NCBI RefSeq assembly: GCF_006345805.1
Contig: NW_021824318.1
Coordinates: 1 to 19,032 of the forward strand
Length of the DNA stretch: 19,032 nucleotides
Reading direction: 5' to 3'
Source of the DNA: Octopus sinensis
Lineage: Eukaryota
Of this stretch, positions 1-9,431 are shown piece after piece. The position numbers and the translations under genes were made by a program. Numbering within the stretch: position 1 is the first letter of the stretch; each line of letters starts with the position of its first letter. Below the pieces are notes generated by a model. That model ran no database searches and was not told the origin of the DNA. It saw only the letters and a list, made by a program, of their open reading frames with translations.

Positions 1-38
<38 letters not shown>

Positions 39-185
39 TAAGCCCGCGCGCGCATACACACATGCAAATATATGCATACTCATACATACACGACCCGTTG
101 CAAATAGTGTTGTGGGCAGGTATGGTTTTTATATATATATACATACACACACATATATAAATATATGCATACATACATACATACA

Positions 186-218
<33 letters not shown>

Positions 219-260
219 GTACATACCTACATATATATGTATATATATACATGCATATAT
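1..260. repeat. Compound (CA)n/(TA)n/(ACAT)n microsatellite
   Basis: Direct reading of the sequence; explains ORFs 112..294 and 129..395. Confidence 0.95.
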
Positions 261-431
261 GGGTACAGGACATAAAAAAACGTGGACAGAATGAGAAACG
301 AGAACATAAAAAACAAAAACATAGAAACGAACTTTTATTTCGAACAAGGAAAAAAAAAACAAACAGAGAAACGAGACATGCAACATAAAGAACATTCCCT
401 TTATCAGTTGTCCCCTGTTTCATCTACTCCG

Positions 432-435
<4 letters not shown>
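260..435 (-). mobile_element. Short Penelope pLTR-like 3' fragment between microsatellites
   Basis: Minus strand reads GAAACAGGGGACAACTGATAAAGGG, then a T-rich tract into (TA)n. The layout and partial sequence match 15225-15370 (AAAACAGCTGACAACTGATGAAGGG). Confidence 0.4.
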
Positions 436-473
<38 letters not shown>

Positions 474-1590
474 GGCACACACGATAGTTTGTTTTCGCGT
501 GCGTGTTTCTTTGGGTTTATTTGAAGTTTATTTCCTTTGCAGAATTCAAGCTGGCCACTAACAAAGTGGCAAGGCGCTTTTGCTGAAGCTAAGACAACTC
601 TTTGAGGATGTGATTACCTGAATTGGTTGATGGTTTCCAGATGACTTGTGACAGTGATACGAAATTTTGCCTTTGACTTGAATGAGTGGAGTTGTTGAAA
701 GAAACGTTCTTTGAAAGTGTTCACTGTTATACTAGTATGAGTTTTTTCATTATCATCGGGGGTTTTGTGGATGCTCAATAAAAAGACAGGATCCCTAACA
801 TACATGTTAGTAACTGACTGATGAAGGGACAACGAAGTGGATTTGTATTTGCAGTTGTAGTATCTGTACTGTGAAGTTTTTGTACCTGTACATGTATAAC
901 TGAGCTAGTTGCTGTTTGAGTTGAAGAGCGCATGGCATTTATTTATGTATGGGTAGGGTATTAAGTCTTATTAGTGTTAAGAAATTCCTGGCTCTGCTCT
1001 GACTGTCTTCTACATTGTAGGTTAATTAAGATTACTTTTCTATTTCTAACTCTATTCTGTTTCATGGTGGGTGGAGTTTTACACATACAAACTAATTTAA
1101 TTAAGCGCAGGCAGTGGAATAATTTCTGCCAAAGCGTACCGAAACACCTGCAAACTAGTACAGATTGAAACTACGGGTATGCATCCCTCAATCAAAAACC
1201 TCGAAAATTTTGAATCCGATTTTATATATCTGAAATAAAAATCTAAGACTTCGACATTGCACTAAACATTTCCAAAATATCTTACGAACCACATAAAAAC
1301 CTTCAAACAATTTCTTCAACGCACATATTCTTGGATAGAATATATGAAATGAGTAAAACAAACAACAACAATGAAACATATAAAAGGAAGTAACCCCAGA
1401 ACCTGCCACGCAGCAAACAACAACTTAAGCATAGAAATAAAGGGACTAGGTTCCCGACTAACTCTAGCATGCTAAATAAACTACCTCACCATGCGTTCAA
1501 CATTGTATTACTATTAAAGACCACAAGCAAGAAATCAAGTCCTGGAGTTTACCGTGTATTCACCATGTATTCCAAAGTTTACAAGTGACA

Positions 1591-1966
1591 TGGCCCAGTG
1601 GTTAGGGCAGCAGACTCGCGGTCGTAGGATCGCGGTTTCGATTCCCAGACCGGGCGTTGTGAGTGTTTATTGAGCGAAAACACCTAAAGCTCCACGAGGC
1701 TCTGGCAGGGGATGGTGGTGATCCCTGCTGTACTCTTTCACCACAACTTTCTCTCACTCTTACTTCCTCTTTCTGTTGTACCTGTATTTCAAAGGGCCAG
1801 CCTTGTCACACTCTGTGTCACGCTGAATATCCCCGAGAACTACGTTAAGGGTACACGTGTCTGTGGAGTGCTCAGCCACTTACACGTTAATTTCACGAGC
1901 AGGCTGTTCCGTTGATTCGGATCAACCGGAACCCTCGTCGTCGTAACCGACGGAGTGCTTCCACCC
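1591..1966 (+). mobile_element. tRNA-derived SINE family A, near full length, with TSD
   Basis: A-box TGGCCCAGTGG and B-box GGTTTCGATTCC; about 95% similar to 12783-13171 by eye; flanked by direct repeat ACAAGTGACA(T) at 1581-1591 and 1967-1977. Confidence 0.9.
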
Positions 1967-2255
1967 ACAAGTGACATTTGTAATCGAATTTACAAACCAT
2001 ATTTACATGCATGTGATTTGCTGTCGATAAGATTTTTAATGTTGGTGTTTTTGTTTGTTAATTTATCATTTGCTGAATTGCATTTCGTGTTGCTTTACAA
2101 GGATTTTTATTAATGTATTCTGTAGTTAGTATACATTTGATTCTTATGTAAGAAAAAATGTAAAGCTCCTTCCCGAGTTCACATAGATTCATAAGAGCCG
2201 GTTTCCCGGATCTTTGTGGGTTTTCGTCACTGTTTACAATTACCTTTAAAAAAAC

Positions 2256-2662
2256 GGAGTGGCTGTGTGGTAAGTAGCTTGCTTACCAACCACATGGTCC
2301 CGGGTTCAGTTCAACTGCGTGGCACCTTGGGAAAGTGTCTTCTACTATAGCCTCGGACCGTCCAAAGCATTGTGAGTGGATTTGGTAGACGGAAACTGAA
2401 AGAAGCCCGTTGTATATATGTATATGTGTGTGTATATGTTTGTGTGTGTGTGTTTGTCCCACCCCCCAAAAAAAAAATCGCTTGACAACCGATGCTTGTG
2501 TGTTTACGTCCCTGTAACTGAGCGGTTCGGCAAAAGAGACCGATAGAATAAGTACTAGGCTTACAAAGAATAAGTCCTGGGGTCGATTTGCTCGACTAAA
2601 AGGCGGTGCTCCAGCATGGCCACAGTCAAATGACTGAAACAAGTAAAAGAGTAAAGAGAGTA
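2256..2662 (+). mobile_element. CORE-type tRNA SINE (octopus OR-like), full length
   Basis: Head GGAGTGGCTGTGTGGTAAG, CORE-like ACCTTGGGAAAGTGTCTTCT, internal (TA/TG)n, tail GCATGGCCACAGTCAAATGACTGAAAC; multiple copies in the window. Confidence 0.85.
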
Positions 2663-2764
2663 TACTAATTATGAAAATTATATTAATTTTTTCAATAAAT
2701 CCATAATTAAAAAGTTATCAGCCTTTAAAATTAACAAAATTCGGGTATTTTAGCCAATCAGAAG

Positions 2765-3720
2765 CAAGTATTTAACACATCATCCTGGCGAAAAACTGTT
2801 TCCATAGTGACCAAAGGTGCTGCGCATGCGCACAAGGAGTGTAACCACAGTTGCCGCGCAGCAGCCCTCCTACGTTCAGTAGAAATATTTTTGTGGTGTG
2901 TGTGTTGGTGTTGATGTCTGTGGTGGCCATCCTGCATCTGTTGGTGGTGGCCTTATGTGGTTGTAGTTCCAGCTTTGTGCTTGTAGCCATGTCAGCTGCT
3001 GAACAATTTTTTGTGCCATGCACAAAAAAGATTGCTGTTCAGCTGCTGCCCTTCTCACATCTGGGTGAAGCTGGCCATTTGTCGGGTTACCGCGCACCAC
3101 ATCCGCATATCGTCTTTCAGTGGTCCGTGCGCTATTTTTCCTTTTATATTTTTCTTTTTCTTTATCTTTTTTAACCATGTTCTAAAATAAGTCGAAAGGT
3201 AAGCTACTATAAATCGGCACGAACTTTCCGGACAACTCAATACTTCTTCCTCTGTTCTATTACTCGGTCAGTTAGTCTGTTACAAAACCCATTGCTGATA
3301 ATTTTAGCTTTATTCTGTGGATTTCTGAAAAGAATTTGAATGCTCTTCTAAGTAAGAATTTTACCGCTGACATTGCATCTGTGTAGACGCTCCCTTTAGC
3401 TATGTAACCATATGCATTTATTTGTCTTTGGTGTAAACATACGTGATGTATCTTGCTTTCAGTATGACTGTTTAAATGTAGAAATGGAATTGTTGTATTG
3501 CTAAGAGTTTTATTTGTTCTGGATGTTAAATTTTAGCACGAAGTTCTTTTCTAGGTTTTTCTTCTTTAATTTTTCGACATCTTCCAGTCTGTTCAGCACA
3601 ACAAGTATATCACTCTCATGCCCGGTGTGCACTGTACGTTTATGTTTTTGTATCACTTTGGTGACCACGCGGAATTGCAGCAAACACCGGCCTTAAGGGA
3701 GGACCTATGGTTCCTCCATC
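2765..3720 (-). pseudogene. Decayed LINE fragment: ORF1 C-terminus and start of ORF2 APE endonuclease
   Basis: ORF1-like RRYADVVRG...QQSFLCMAQKIVQQL is followed in another frame by KIFLLNVGGL (2862-2891, like the APE N-terminal xLNVxGL). After a frameshift comes VTMET (2797-2811, like the APE xLTET motif). The upstream boundary is uncertain. Confidence 0.5.
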
Positions 3721-3778
3721 ATATTGCAGGGTGTCGGTAATGATGGTGACGGTGTTGATGGTACGAATGGAACAACAG

Positions 3779-3779
<1 letters not shown>

Positions 3780-3809
<30 letters not shown>

Positions 3810-4115
3810 TTACTACTACTACTACTACTACTAGTAGTAGTAGTATAGTAGTAGTAATAGTAGTAGTAGTTGCAGCAGCAGTAGTAGTAGTAGTAGTAGT
3901 AGCAGTAGCAGCAGCAGCAGCGGCAGCGGCAGCAGCAGCAGTAGTAGTAGTAGTAGTGAGAGTTTTAGTGGTGCTTCAGGTGGCAACAGAGGTATTAGTT
4001 GTAGAGGTAATAGTGGGGGTTTAACGTTAGCAATAGTGGTGGAGTTGATGGTGGTGGTGGTGGTAGCGGCGGTGGTGGTGGTGGTAGTGGTGGTGGTGGA
4101 GGTGGTAGCGGTAGT
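3780..4115. repeat. Compound trinucleotide microsatellite (TAC)n(TAG)n(CAG)n(GGT)n
   Basis: Direct reading; explains ORF 3707..4024. Confidence 0.95.
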
Positions 4116-4639
4116 AATGAAACCTTTAGAGTAGTAACCTTGGTGATAACAGTGTCTATGGCTACAGTTTATAGGGCTAGTAGACTTCGGATCAAATAGC
4201 TTCCAACCATGACCTTCTCGTATTTCTGTTTAGAAAAAAAAAATACACAGTCCAGTGTATTTTTCTACATTCTACATTTTAAGACCATAAGACAGTAGGG
4301 TGAATAAGTGACTTGAAAGAAATTTGGTTTCTATTTCTACCAAGTCAAACCACAATATAAAAACTTGCTTCTCTTGGCTCTTAGGGGTAATGATTGTGAA
4401 AGGTTGGAATTTTGGGCGATGTGATGCTGCTGTTGTCTTCTTCTTCTTCTTCCAATCAGGACTCACGCCATTAGCCACAAAGAATAATCTCTAATTCGAG
4501 CCTACTTTAAGCTACTAAGAATGCGTGTTGTTTGTATTTGTAATTAACATTTTCTCCGTTTTTTTTGTTTATTTTTTTTTGTCTTTGTTGTACACATTCA
4601 CTTGCTTTTTCCCAAAATGTTTCATGCCCTTAGGTTAGA

Positions 4640-4872
4640 TTTTTGGGGCCAGCCAGATTTGCACAGGCTCAAGTGTAATCGGCCGCAACTGTAAGGATAA
4701 TCTGGAAACTTGACTGATGAGAGAAGACCACGAATGGCCCGTCCTTGTTTTGTCCTGTCCGTCTTCGTATCGTCTATCTGTCCGGATGTTTTATTGTCGT
4801 TTGTTGCGTGCTTGTTCCATTTTTTGGATTTATATATACATATGGCGGTGAATGTATACTTTTGCTCACCTT

Positions 4873-4875
<3 letters not shown>
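4640..4875 (+). mobile_element. Penelope pLTR-like fragment with decayed hammerhead, ending in (TA)/(CA)n
   Basis: CCAGATT (4653-4659) pairs with AATCTGG (4699-4705); GCAAC-T-GT-A at 4685-4693; downstream CTGATGA (4714-4720) and a T-rich tail. Confidence 0.4.

Positions 4876-4935
<60 letters not shown>
4875..4935. repeat. (AC)n microsatellite
   Basis: Direct reading. Confidence 0.95.
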
Positions 4936-4937
<2 letters not shown>

Positions 4938-4944
4938 TATATTT

Positions 4945-5100
4945 TTGTGTGTGTCTGTGTTTGTTCCCCTCACCATCGCTTGACAACCGATGTAAGCCTA
5001 TTACAAAGAATAAGTCCTGGAGTCGATTTGTTCGACTAAGAGGCGGTGCTCCAGCATGGCCACAGTCAAATGACTGAAACAAATAAATAAAAAAAAAGAA
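4945..5100 (+). mobile_element. CORE-type SINE, 3' half
   Basis: CATCGCTTGACAACCGATG...GAATAAGTCCTGGAGTCGATTTG...GGCGGTGCTCCAGCATGGCCACAGTCAAATGACTGAAAC matches 2470-2645, with an internal deletion. Confidence 0.85.
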
Positions 5101-5114
5101 AAAAGAAATTTTTT

Positions 5115-5323
5115 TTCTCTCTAGTTTAAGCTCAGAGCTGCGGCCATGCTGATGCATCGCCGTTTAAAGAGTACAGCAGGGTTCGCCACCACCCACTGCC
5201 GGAGATCGTGGAGCTTTACGTTTTTTCGCTCGATAAACTCTCACAGCGCCCGGTCTGGGAATCGAAACCGCGATACCACGACAGCGATTCCGCTGCCCTA
5301 ACCACTGGGACATTGCACCTCCA
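5115..5323 (-). mobile_element. Chimeric SINE: family A head fused to a CORE-family-like tail
   Basis: Minus 5323-5167 matches the family A head to CCCTGCTGTACTCTTT. It continues AAACGGCGATGCATCAGCATGGCCGCAG, which resembles the GGCGGTGCTCCAGCATGGCCGCAG tail. Confidence 0.75.
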
Positions 5324-5464
5324 CACTCCATATTATTAGGAATTGTATGAAAAATTGTTTAAATATTTTGTGTATTGTTGAGATATATTTAATTTATTGC
5401 AGATAAACTTTAACAACAGTATCTTACGTGGATCCTAAGCCCCTCATGGACCCCAGTTGAATCA

Positions 5465-6355
5465 CTGGTCTAAAGTATTCCAATCCAGTCACGTAGGCGG
5501 TGTGCGTGCCGCACGTAAAAGTCTTTGAGCTTGCCGCCTACCCCCGGGCCTTCACAGGCACATATAGCAGACCCAAGAGCGTCACACTCATAAAAGCATT
5601 GACCGACACGTTCATCCCTCCTTGCTACACTACTGTTCCATCCGTGGCCATCCAGTCATTTGTGCATCTGAAATACATGGTACAATCTATCCTTCCTCTT
5701 TTTAAAACGGTAGGTTGTGACTCAACAGTAAGGTAGCTATTGTTTCTAGCAGATCGACCGATCAGGTAAACGTTTGCTTCCCGGCTCAATGCATTTGGAT
5801 ATTGCAAGGTCTGGTTGTTGTCGGTCTTGTTGCTTAGTTCCAAGTCAGTCCTTATCGAGTAGACCTCTGATCTAAAGTATTCTAGTCCAGTTCCAGTGCT
5901 GAAGTTAGAGTGTGTGCCGAACGTGAAAGTCTTTGAGTTTGTCGCCTACCCCAGGCCTCGACAAGCTTATATGGCAGACCCAAAAGTGCCACACACAGAA
6001 AAGCGTTGCTGGGGACAGACTGACACCCTCTTCTCTTCCTAGTTACACTACTGTTCCATCCGTGGCAATCCAATCATTTGTGCATCTGACATACATTGTC
6101 ACGGTATGTTGTGACTCAAGTCATGTAGCTATTGTTTCTAGCAGATCGACCGATCATACAAACGTTTGCTTCCCGACACATTCACCCTTCCTAGCTACAC
6201 TACTGTTCCATCCGTGGCCATCCAGTCGTTTGTGCATCTGAAATATATGGTACAATCTATCCTTCCTCTTTTTAAAATGGTAGGTTGTGACTGAACAGGC
6301 TATTGTTTCCAGCAAATCGACCGATCAGGTAAACGTTTGCTTCCCGGCTCAATGC
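5465..6355 (+). repeat. Degenerate tandem array of a ~130-170 bp core module inside a ~400 bp unit
   Basis: Core CTACACTACTGTTCCATCCGTGGC...AAACGTTTGCTTCCCG at 5625-5792, 6043-6175 and 6195-6355; upstream CTGxTCTAAAGTATTC at 5465 and 5867 (period 402). Confidence 0.9.
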
Positions 6356-6741
6356 GGCGTAGTGTTAGGTTCAGTAACGTTGGACGCATGCCGGCACTAT
6401 TATTAATAAAGGTATCACAAGAAACCAAAATAATTCTTACTGTTTCTGGCAGAGCAGCCTAGACTCCACCATCCACCCCCTCATCCCAGTTCACACTGCC
6501 ACCCCCGCCTACACTTCCATATCAATGCCAGACATAAAAGATGGCTACACACCCCCGTCTCACAACCACACACACACACAGGTACACACAGGTACACACA
6601 GGTACACACGACACACTTACACGAATAACTAACATGGAAGCAGGAAAATATACCGAGTTTTTTTTTTTTGGTGTGTGAAGAATAATGATGTCCTTCTAAA
6701 AAAAAAATGGCATCTATTATCCTTGCAGGCTCATCCTGCTA
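5792..6741 (+). repeat. Left arm of long inverted duplication
   Basis: Reverse complement of 9432-10181; about 6 differences over ~235 nt in the 6341-6575 segment. ORFs 5933..6241(+) and 9848..10045(-) share near-identical peptides. Confidence 0.95.
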
Positions 6742-6779
6742 CCTGAAATATCTGTGTAGGTACCACCCCAATACGCACG

Positions 6780-7123
6780 AACCACTTTCTCTCCCACTCT
6801 CCCTCTCGCGCTCAATCTTTCACTCTCTTTCTTTCTCTCCCCCCCCCTGTCTGCTTGTCTGTCTGTCTGTCTGTTTGTCCGTCAGTCTTTCTCTCTTTTT
6901 CTCTCTCGTTCAATCTTTTGCTTTCTTACTCTCTCCCTCTATCTCTCTGTCTGCCTGCTTGCCTGTCTGTCTTTCTCTCTCGCTCAATCTCTCGCTCTCT
7001 CTCTCTCTCTCTCTCCCTCTCTCGGTCTGTCTGCATGCCTGTCTCTCTCTCTCTCTCTCTCTCTGTCTCTCGGTCTGCTTGCCTATCTGTCTGTCTCGTT
7101 CTCGTCTTTCTCTCTCTCTCTCT

Positions 7124-7166
<43 letters not shown>

Positions 7167-7400
7167 GCTCAATCTTTCACTCTCTTTCCCGCTCCCTCTG
7201 TCGGTCTGTCTGCATGTCTTTCTTTCTCTCTCGCTTAATATTTTACTCTTTCTCTCTCCCACTGTCTCTCGGTCTGCTTGCCTCATTTCTCTCTCGCTCA
7301 ATCTTTCACTCTCCTTCTCTCTCCCTCTGTCTGCCTGCCTGCCCGACCGTCAGTCTCTCCCTCTCTCTCCCCCTCTCTCTCCCCCTCTCTCTTAGAGTTA
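6780..7400. repeat. (CT)n/(CTGT)n tract with recurring TCGCTCAATCTTTCACTCTC module
   Basis: Module or variant at about 6808, 6906, 6980, 7165, 7230 and 7294; explains ORF 6707..7441. Confidence 0.9.
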
Positions 7401-7424
7401 TATATCTTTTCTTCTATCTTTTAC

Positions 7425-7664
7425 TTGTTTCAGTCATTTGACTGCGGCCATGCTGGGGCACTGCCTAGATTTCTTTAATGGAGCAAATTTACCCCAGGAT
7501 TTAGTTGTCTTTTTTTTTTAATGCAAAATATATATTTTAGCAGTCTCTTTTGCTGAACCGCTAGCGTACGTGGAAGGTAAATACACCAACACCGATTGTC
7601 GAGTGGTGGTGGGGGACAAATACACACACATAGATAGATAGATATATACAACAGGCTTCTTTCA
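7425..7664 (-). mobile_element. CORE-type SINE, diverged 3' half
   Basis: TTGTTTCAGTCATTTGACTGCGGCCATGCTGG...GTCTCTTTTGCTGAACCGCTAG...ACAACAGGCTTCTTTCA is the reverse complement of the family tail and middle. Confidence 0.8.
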
Positions 7665-7817
7665 AATTCCGCCGAGGTCGACTTTGCCTTTCATCCTTTC
7701 AGGGTCGATAAATTATGTACCAGTTACGCACTGCGGTCGATATAATCGACTTAATCCGTTTGTCTGTCCTTGTTTGTCCCCTCTGTGTGTATCCCCTTGT
7801 GGGCAGTAAAGAAATAG
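7661..7817 (+). mobile_element. tRNA SINE family B, 5'-truncated copy
   Basis: TTCAAATTCCGCCGAGGTCGACTTTGCCTTTCATCCTTT matches the minus copy at 10247-10484, including its tail. Confidence 0.85.
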
Positions 7818-7985
7818 GTATTTCATCTGTCTTTACGTTCTGAATTCAAATTCCACTGATGTCGGCTTTTCCTTTCATCCTCTCAGGGTCGATAAATTAA
7901 GTACCAGTTGCGTACTGGGGTCGATCTAATTGACTGGCCCCCTACCCCAAAATTTTGGGTCTTGTGCCTAGAGTAGAAAAGAATA
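7817..7985 (+). mobile_element. tRNA SINE family B body with a different 3' tail
   Basis: Same central domain (CCTTTCATCCTCTCAGGGTCGATAAATTAAGTACCAG) but tail TGGCCCCCTACCCCAAAATTTTGGGTCTTGTGCCTAGAGTAGAAAAG. Confidence 0.8.
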
Positions 7986-8163
7986 TTTCTTGCCAATAGA
8001 GAAAGAGCCGGTTTCTAACCTTCATTGGAATTTCAACATCAATCAACAAGGTATTTTTGTTTGTATGTATATGTGCAGATTTGTATGTTTTGTTTTATGT
8101 GTGTATTCTCATGCATATAGTTGCATATCTAGACTTGCTCATATTTAAATGATAAACTTCTGG
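7985..8163 (+). repeat. Unclassified interspersed repeat, copy 1
   Basis: ATTTCTTGCCAATAGAGAAAGAGCCGGTTTCT...GATAAACTTCTGG is a diverged direct repeat of 8750-8975. Confidence 0.75.
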
Positions 8164-8749
8164 AAAGTTTTACAGATTTTTACAGCTGCAGTGATGGATT
8201 GGATCTGTAGTCTTCGAATTAGCTTTCTCCTTTCTGTCTGTCTGTCTTCTGAATGTATGCATGTATGTCTCTTCTGTATTTAATCATTAAAATTCTTCCT
8301 CTGTAGAAGGAACTGGCTTCTACGAAAGATACAAGCTCCACCTTTGGAATGTAGTTAACGAAAACAATGTCACATTTTAAATCTGAGAAAAGTCTTGCAT
8401 AGTTTTACTGTGCCGCTTACAGATTGCATTAGTAATGTGCAAATCAGTTGGTTTCTTTTTCTGTATAATCCAAGCTTATCCAGACTGACAGTTAGGTGTG
8501 TGTGTGTGTGTGTGTATTTTTTCTTGGAGATTTATTTAAGTTCTTCATGGAGCTCAAGACTCACGCTAACAAAGTGACAAGACCCTTTGTTTTAAGACAG
8601 ATCTCAGAGCTTATGAATATTCACTTCAGTTCGTGCGTGCATGTATATAAGAAGGTGCACCCGCCTGCATTTATGTATTGTGTGAGTATGTCACTCAAGC
8701 ACTTAGGTGTTTGTATGCGTTTATGAAAGTTATTCAGTTTTATTTCGAG

Positions 8750-8975
8750 ATTTCTCGCCAATAGAGAAAGAGCCGGTTTCTGACCTAGATTCAAGGCTCC
8801 TTCGTTGGATTTCAACAACATCAACGGGGTACTTTTGCATGTATGTATGTTTATATGTGCAGCATTTGGAGTTAGTGCATGTACAGATTTTTCTGCTTTG
8901 TTTTATGTATGTATTCTCAGGCATAGAGTTTCATGTCTAGACATGCGCGTATATATTTATGCGATAAACCTCTGG
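8750..8975 (+). repeat. Unclassified interspersed repeat, copy 2
   Basis: ATTTCTCGCCAATAGAGAAAGAGCCGGTTTCT...GATAAACCTCTGG; see 7985-8163. Confidence 0.75.
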
Positions 8976-8979
8976 TTTG

Positions 8980-9035
8980 TATGTATGTATGTATGTATGT
9001 ATGTATGTATGTATGTATGTATGTATGTATGTATG

Positions 9036-9072
<37 letters not shown>

Positions 9073-9075
9073 GTA
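8980..9075. repeat. (GTAT)n(CTAT)n microsatellite
   Basis: Direct reading. Confidence 0.95.
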
Positions 9076-9109
9076 TGTGCTGCTATGTTTGTTTGTCTTC
9101 CAGTAGCAC

Positions 9110-9290
9110 TTAAGAAGCGGTGTTGGTTTGTTTACATCCCCGTGATCTAGCAATTTCACAAAAGAGACTGATAGGAAACGCCCTATGCTTTAAAATAAGC
9201 TCTGGAGTCGATTCGTTTGACTGAAAGAAAGCGTTTGAGGCAATGCCCCAGCATGGCCGCAGTCATATGCCTGAAACAAATAAAAGATAA
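9110..9290 (+). mobile_element. CORE-type SINE, diverged 3' half, followed by (GA)n to about 9390
   Basis: GGTGTTGGTTTGTTTACATCCCCG...CAGCATGGCCGCAGTCATATGCCTGAAAC. Confidence 0.8.
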
Positions 9291-9299
9291 ATATATATA

Positions 9300-9330
<31 letters not shown>

Positions 9331-9338
9331 AAGAGAGA

Positions 9339-9385
<47 letters not shown>

Positions 9386-9431
9386 AAGATGTCTGTGTGT
9401 CTGTGGGGGGCGGGTGATTGTAGAGGTATTC

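Noticed and set aside
690-720. GAAACGTT at about 701-708 as a hammerhead half
   Set aside because: No stem II or core upstream.
811-840. CTGATGA at 818-824 as a hammerhead core
   Set aside because: No stem II/GAAA arrangement downstream.
1188-1409. Hydrophobic minus-strand ORF or exon
   Set aside because: AT-rich sequence gives F/I/L-rich frames; no recognisable motif or clear splice pair.
3707-4024. 105-aa poly-T/V/A ORF
   Set aside because: Trinucleotide microsatellite with no stop codons in that frame.
5745-5780. AGCA-GATC(GACC)GATC-AGGTAAACGTT-TGCT in the repeated module as a ribozyme
   Set aside because: No CUGANGA-like junction on either strand; it is only a small hairpin.
5465-6355. 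Repeat array as CRISPR
   Set aside because: Units are 130-400 bp without unique spacers, and the context is eukaryotic.
6707-7441. 244-aa ORF and its overlapping ORFs
   Set aside because: Translation of a CT/CTGT repeat plus a SINE tail.
8313-8388. Possible exon xGTGFYERYKLHLWNVVNENNVTF*
   Set aside because: Its start resembles the AGAAAGAGCCGGTTTCTA motif of the flanking interspersed repeat.
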